A stretch of 61,522 nucleotides of DNA, the filler included, from Archaeoglobus sp. JdFR-37 (lineage in GTDB: Archaea > Halobacteriota > Archaeoglobi > Archaeoglobales > Archaeoglobaceae): the NCBI GenBank assembly GCA_002010215.1. It is 3 parts of 3 records of this genome, joined end to end, with 100 filler letters (N's around TTAATTAATTAA, not from the genome) between each part and the next. Parts side by side here need not be neighbours in the genome. Positions count along the whole stretch, not along the records: positions 55,581 to 61,522 come from MTMY01000050.1; 2 more parts are not named here. One strand, written 5' to 3'. Shown piece by piece: positions 60,021-61,522 of the stretch. The notes under the pieces were generated by a model. That model was not told where the DNA came from, did not search any database, and saw only the letters and a program-made list of their open reading frames with translations. Within the stretch, counting starts at the first letter, position 1. The number at the start of each line of letters is the position of its first letter. The position numbers and the translations under genes were made by a program.

Positions 60021-60794
60021 CTATTTTCTCCAATTTGGTTCTCTTTTTTCTAAGAATGCCTTGGCTCCTTCAGCTGGTTGATTAGTGGAAAAGCATATTG
60101 AACCTGCTAATATATTGTAATCTAAGCCAACATTGACGGGTGTTCCTTGATTTATGGCGGCCTTTGCCATACGAATGGCTACCGGTCCTTTTTTTATGAT
60201 TTCCCGTGCAATTTCCTTGCTTCTTTCTAATACTTTGTCCTCGGGAACCATTTCATCTATTAATCCAATCTCAAGAGCCTTCTTTGCATCTAAAATCTCT
60301 GCAGTCAAGATCATTTTCCTAGCTCTTCCCTTACCCACAAATTGACAAAGTCTTTGTGTAATTCCTCCTCCAGGGATAATACCTAATTTTACTTCGGGTA
60401 CCCCAAACAAAGCTTTTTCAGAACTGACTCTTATATCACAAGCCATCGCCAAGGCAGTTCCCCCCCCCACAGCATGACCATTGATGGCAGCAATTACAGG
60501 GATTCTCATGCTTTCGATAAAATTATATAATCCATTAATAAATTCATATGAATATTCCATATATGATATGGGGGTTTGGTCAATAAACCCTGAAATATCT
60601 TCTCCTGAAACAAATACTTTATTGCCTGCTCCAGTGATTATACAGACCCTGATACTCTCATCATGATTAATTTTTTCTAAGTTTGACTTAAGCAACGTTC
60701 TAGTTTCTCTATCAAGGGCATTCCTTACTTCGGGCCTATTTACAGTTAATATTGCTATTTTATCTGTTACACTAAGTAATAGTTTGTTGTGCAT
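60021..60794 (-). CDS. Enoyl-CoA hydratase/isomerase (crotonase) family
   Basis: NRPE.RNAL, IAAING.A.GGG, PEVKLGIIPG.G.TQRL. Confidence 0.92.
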   Translation of the reverse strand: MHNKLLLSVTDKIAILTVNRPEVRNALDRETRTLLKSNLEKINHDESIRVCIITGAGNKVFVSGEDISGFIDQTPISYMEYSYEFINGLYNFIESMRIPVIAAINGHAVGGGTALAMACDIRVSSEKALFGVPEVKLGIIPGGGITQRLCQFVGKGRARKMILTAEILDAKKALEIGLIDEMVPEDKVLERSKEIAREIIKKGPVAIRMAKAAINQGTPVNVGLDYNILAGSICFSTNQPAEGAKAFLEKREPNWRK

Positions 60795-61082
60795 GTCTTC
60801 GCCTCTTTTTTCTTAAAAGTCTTTGCTCTAGGAAGCCCCGATTTCCTTGCCTTTAACCGTCTATCGACGGGGGAAATAGTCCATGCAAAAGTTTCAAATA
60901 TAACTGTCAAACCCTGCCCAGAGCGAGAGATTCCTCTATTTTTAGTCAATCCCGGAAATCTAATGCCAACCTGCCCCTGCGCCTCACTTCGTTTCAATGA
61001 CCGGCTTTTGGAAATGCCTAACTATAGAATGTGACACGTAAAATTGGGTTTCGCCAGCACCAAAAAGACATTCTTGTAAAAT

Positions 61083-61119
61083 ATTTTGTTAACAAAATTG
61101 ATAACATTTTGATTAACAA
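61083..61119. promoter_or_regulatory. Putative GntR operator array
   Basis: Perfect palindrome ATTTTGTTAACAAAAT plus two related TTG-W-TAACA sites; TTGACA on the minus strand at 61144-61149. Confidence 0.55.
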
Positions 61120-61366
61120 TTCCTTAACCCATGCAAAATCTTTTGTCAAGCACTTTTTTGAGCTAGCTCTCGCGAAGAGCGAAATATCTGCAGCTGATCA
61201 TGGGGTTCCTAGGTGGGGGACAAGCGAATGATGCACAGCTATTGGTATTTATTGGACTATTTTTTAACTGGGGTGCTACTCATTTACACTGTGTGATCGA
61301 ATTGCTCATGGACTATAGGTGCACGATGACACTATCACTGCATGAAGTCCCCGCCAGATGTGGTGA

Positions 61367-61522
61367 GGATGTGTCCCGTATGTTGTGTAAAATGTATTTG
61401 GGCATCTCCTGGTGGTTTGGCATGATATCACCATTACGCAGCTTTGTTGACAAGGTGTTGGAAGGTGGCTCTCATCTCTCGGTACCCATCTATCTTTCGC
61501 AGTCGGATCTGTCCGAAGGCCA
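61367..61522 (-). mobile_element. Right end of an IS256-family insertion sequence (transposase C-terminus 61434-61522)
   Basis: Minus frame reads AFGQIRLRKIDGYREM...KAA*, followed by TTTTACACAACATACGGGACACATCC, which resembles IS256-type terminal inverted repeats. Confidence 0.65.

Noticed and set aside
61016..61095. Integron attC-like site (GCCTAAC...)
   Set aside because: No convincing complementary arm or cassette array.
61428..61520. Plus-strand BlaI-like peptide LRSFVDKVLEGG
   Set aside because: Better explained as antisense of the IS256 transposase tail.

Overview
The window is three contigs joined by artificial 100-bp linkers (44 N + TTAATTAATTAA + 44 N, at 28275-28374 and 55481-55580). 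Contigs 1 and 2 (1-28274, 28375-55480) look like an Archaeoglobaceae archaeon: mtd, small CbiX, archaeal RPA, gyrAB, archaeal tRNAs and TATA/BRE promoters. They carry tRNA-Glu overlapped by a probable split-integrase N-fragment (the edge of an integrated element), an anaerobic cobalamin/cobalt-uptake operon, purD, gyrA/gyrB, a truncated acyl-CoA ligase, an intron-containing tRNA-Ile2(CAU), a B12 radical SAM enzyme and gatB. They also carry a coupled rpa / membrane-PPOX / PPOX / Get3d-like ArsA / small protein / prsW run, a 2-oxoacid oxidoreductase + TAXI transporter + amine dehydrogenase-like block, and copB. Contig 3 (55581-61522) looks bacterial: TRAP transporter, GntR, class III CoA-transferase, CitE-like lyase, crotonase and an IS256-family end. 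It may be bin contamination or a horizontal transfer. No CRISPR array or rRNA was seen. Best leads: the Get3d/PPOX module, the split-integrase att site, an apparent AUA start for cbiG, a dual-start YbhB gene, and a structured RNA ahead of tRNA-Ile2. All family assignments come from motif recognition, not database searches.
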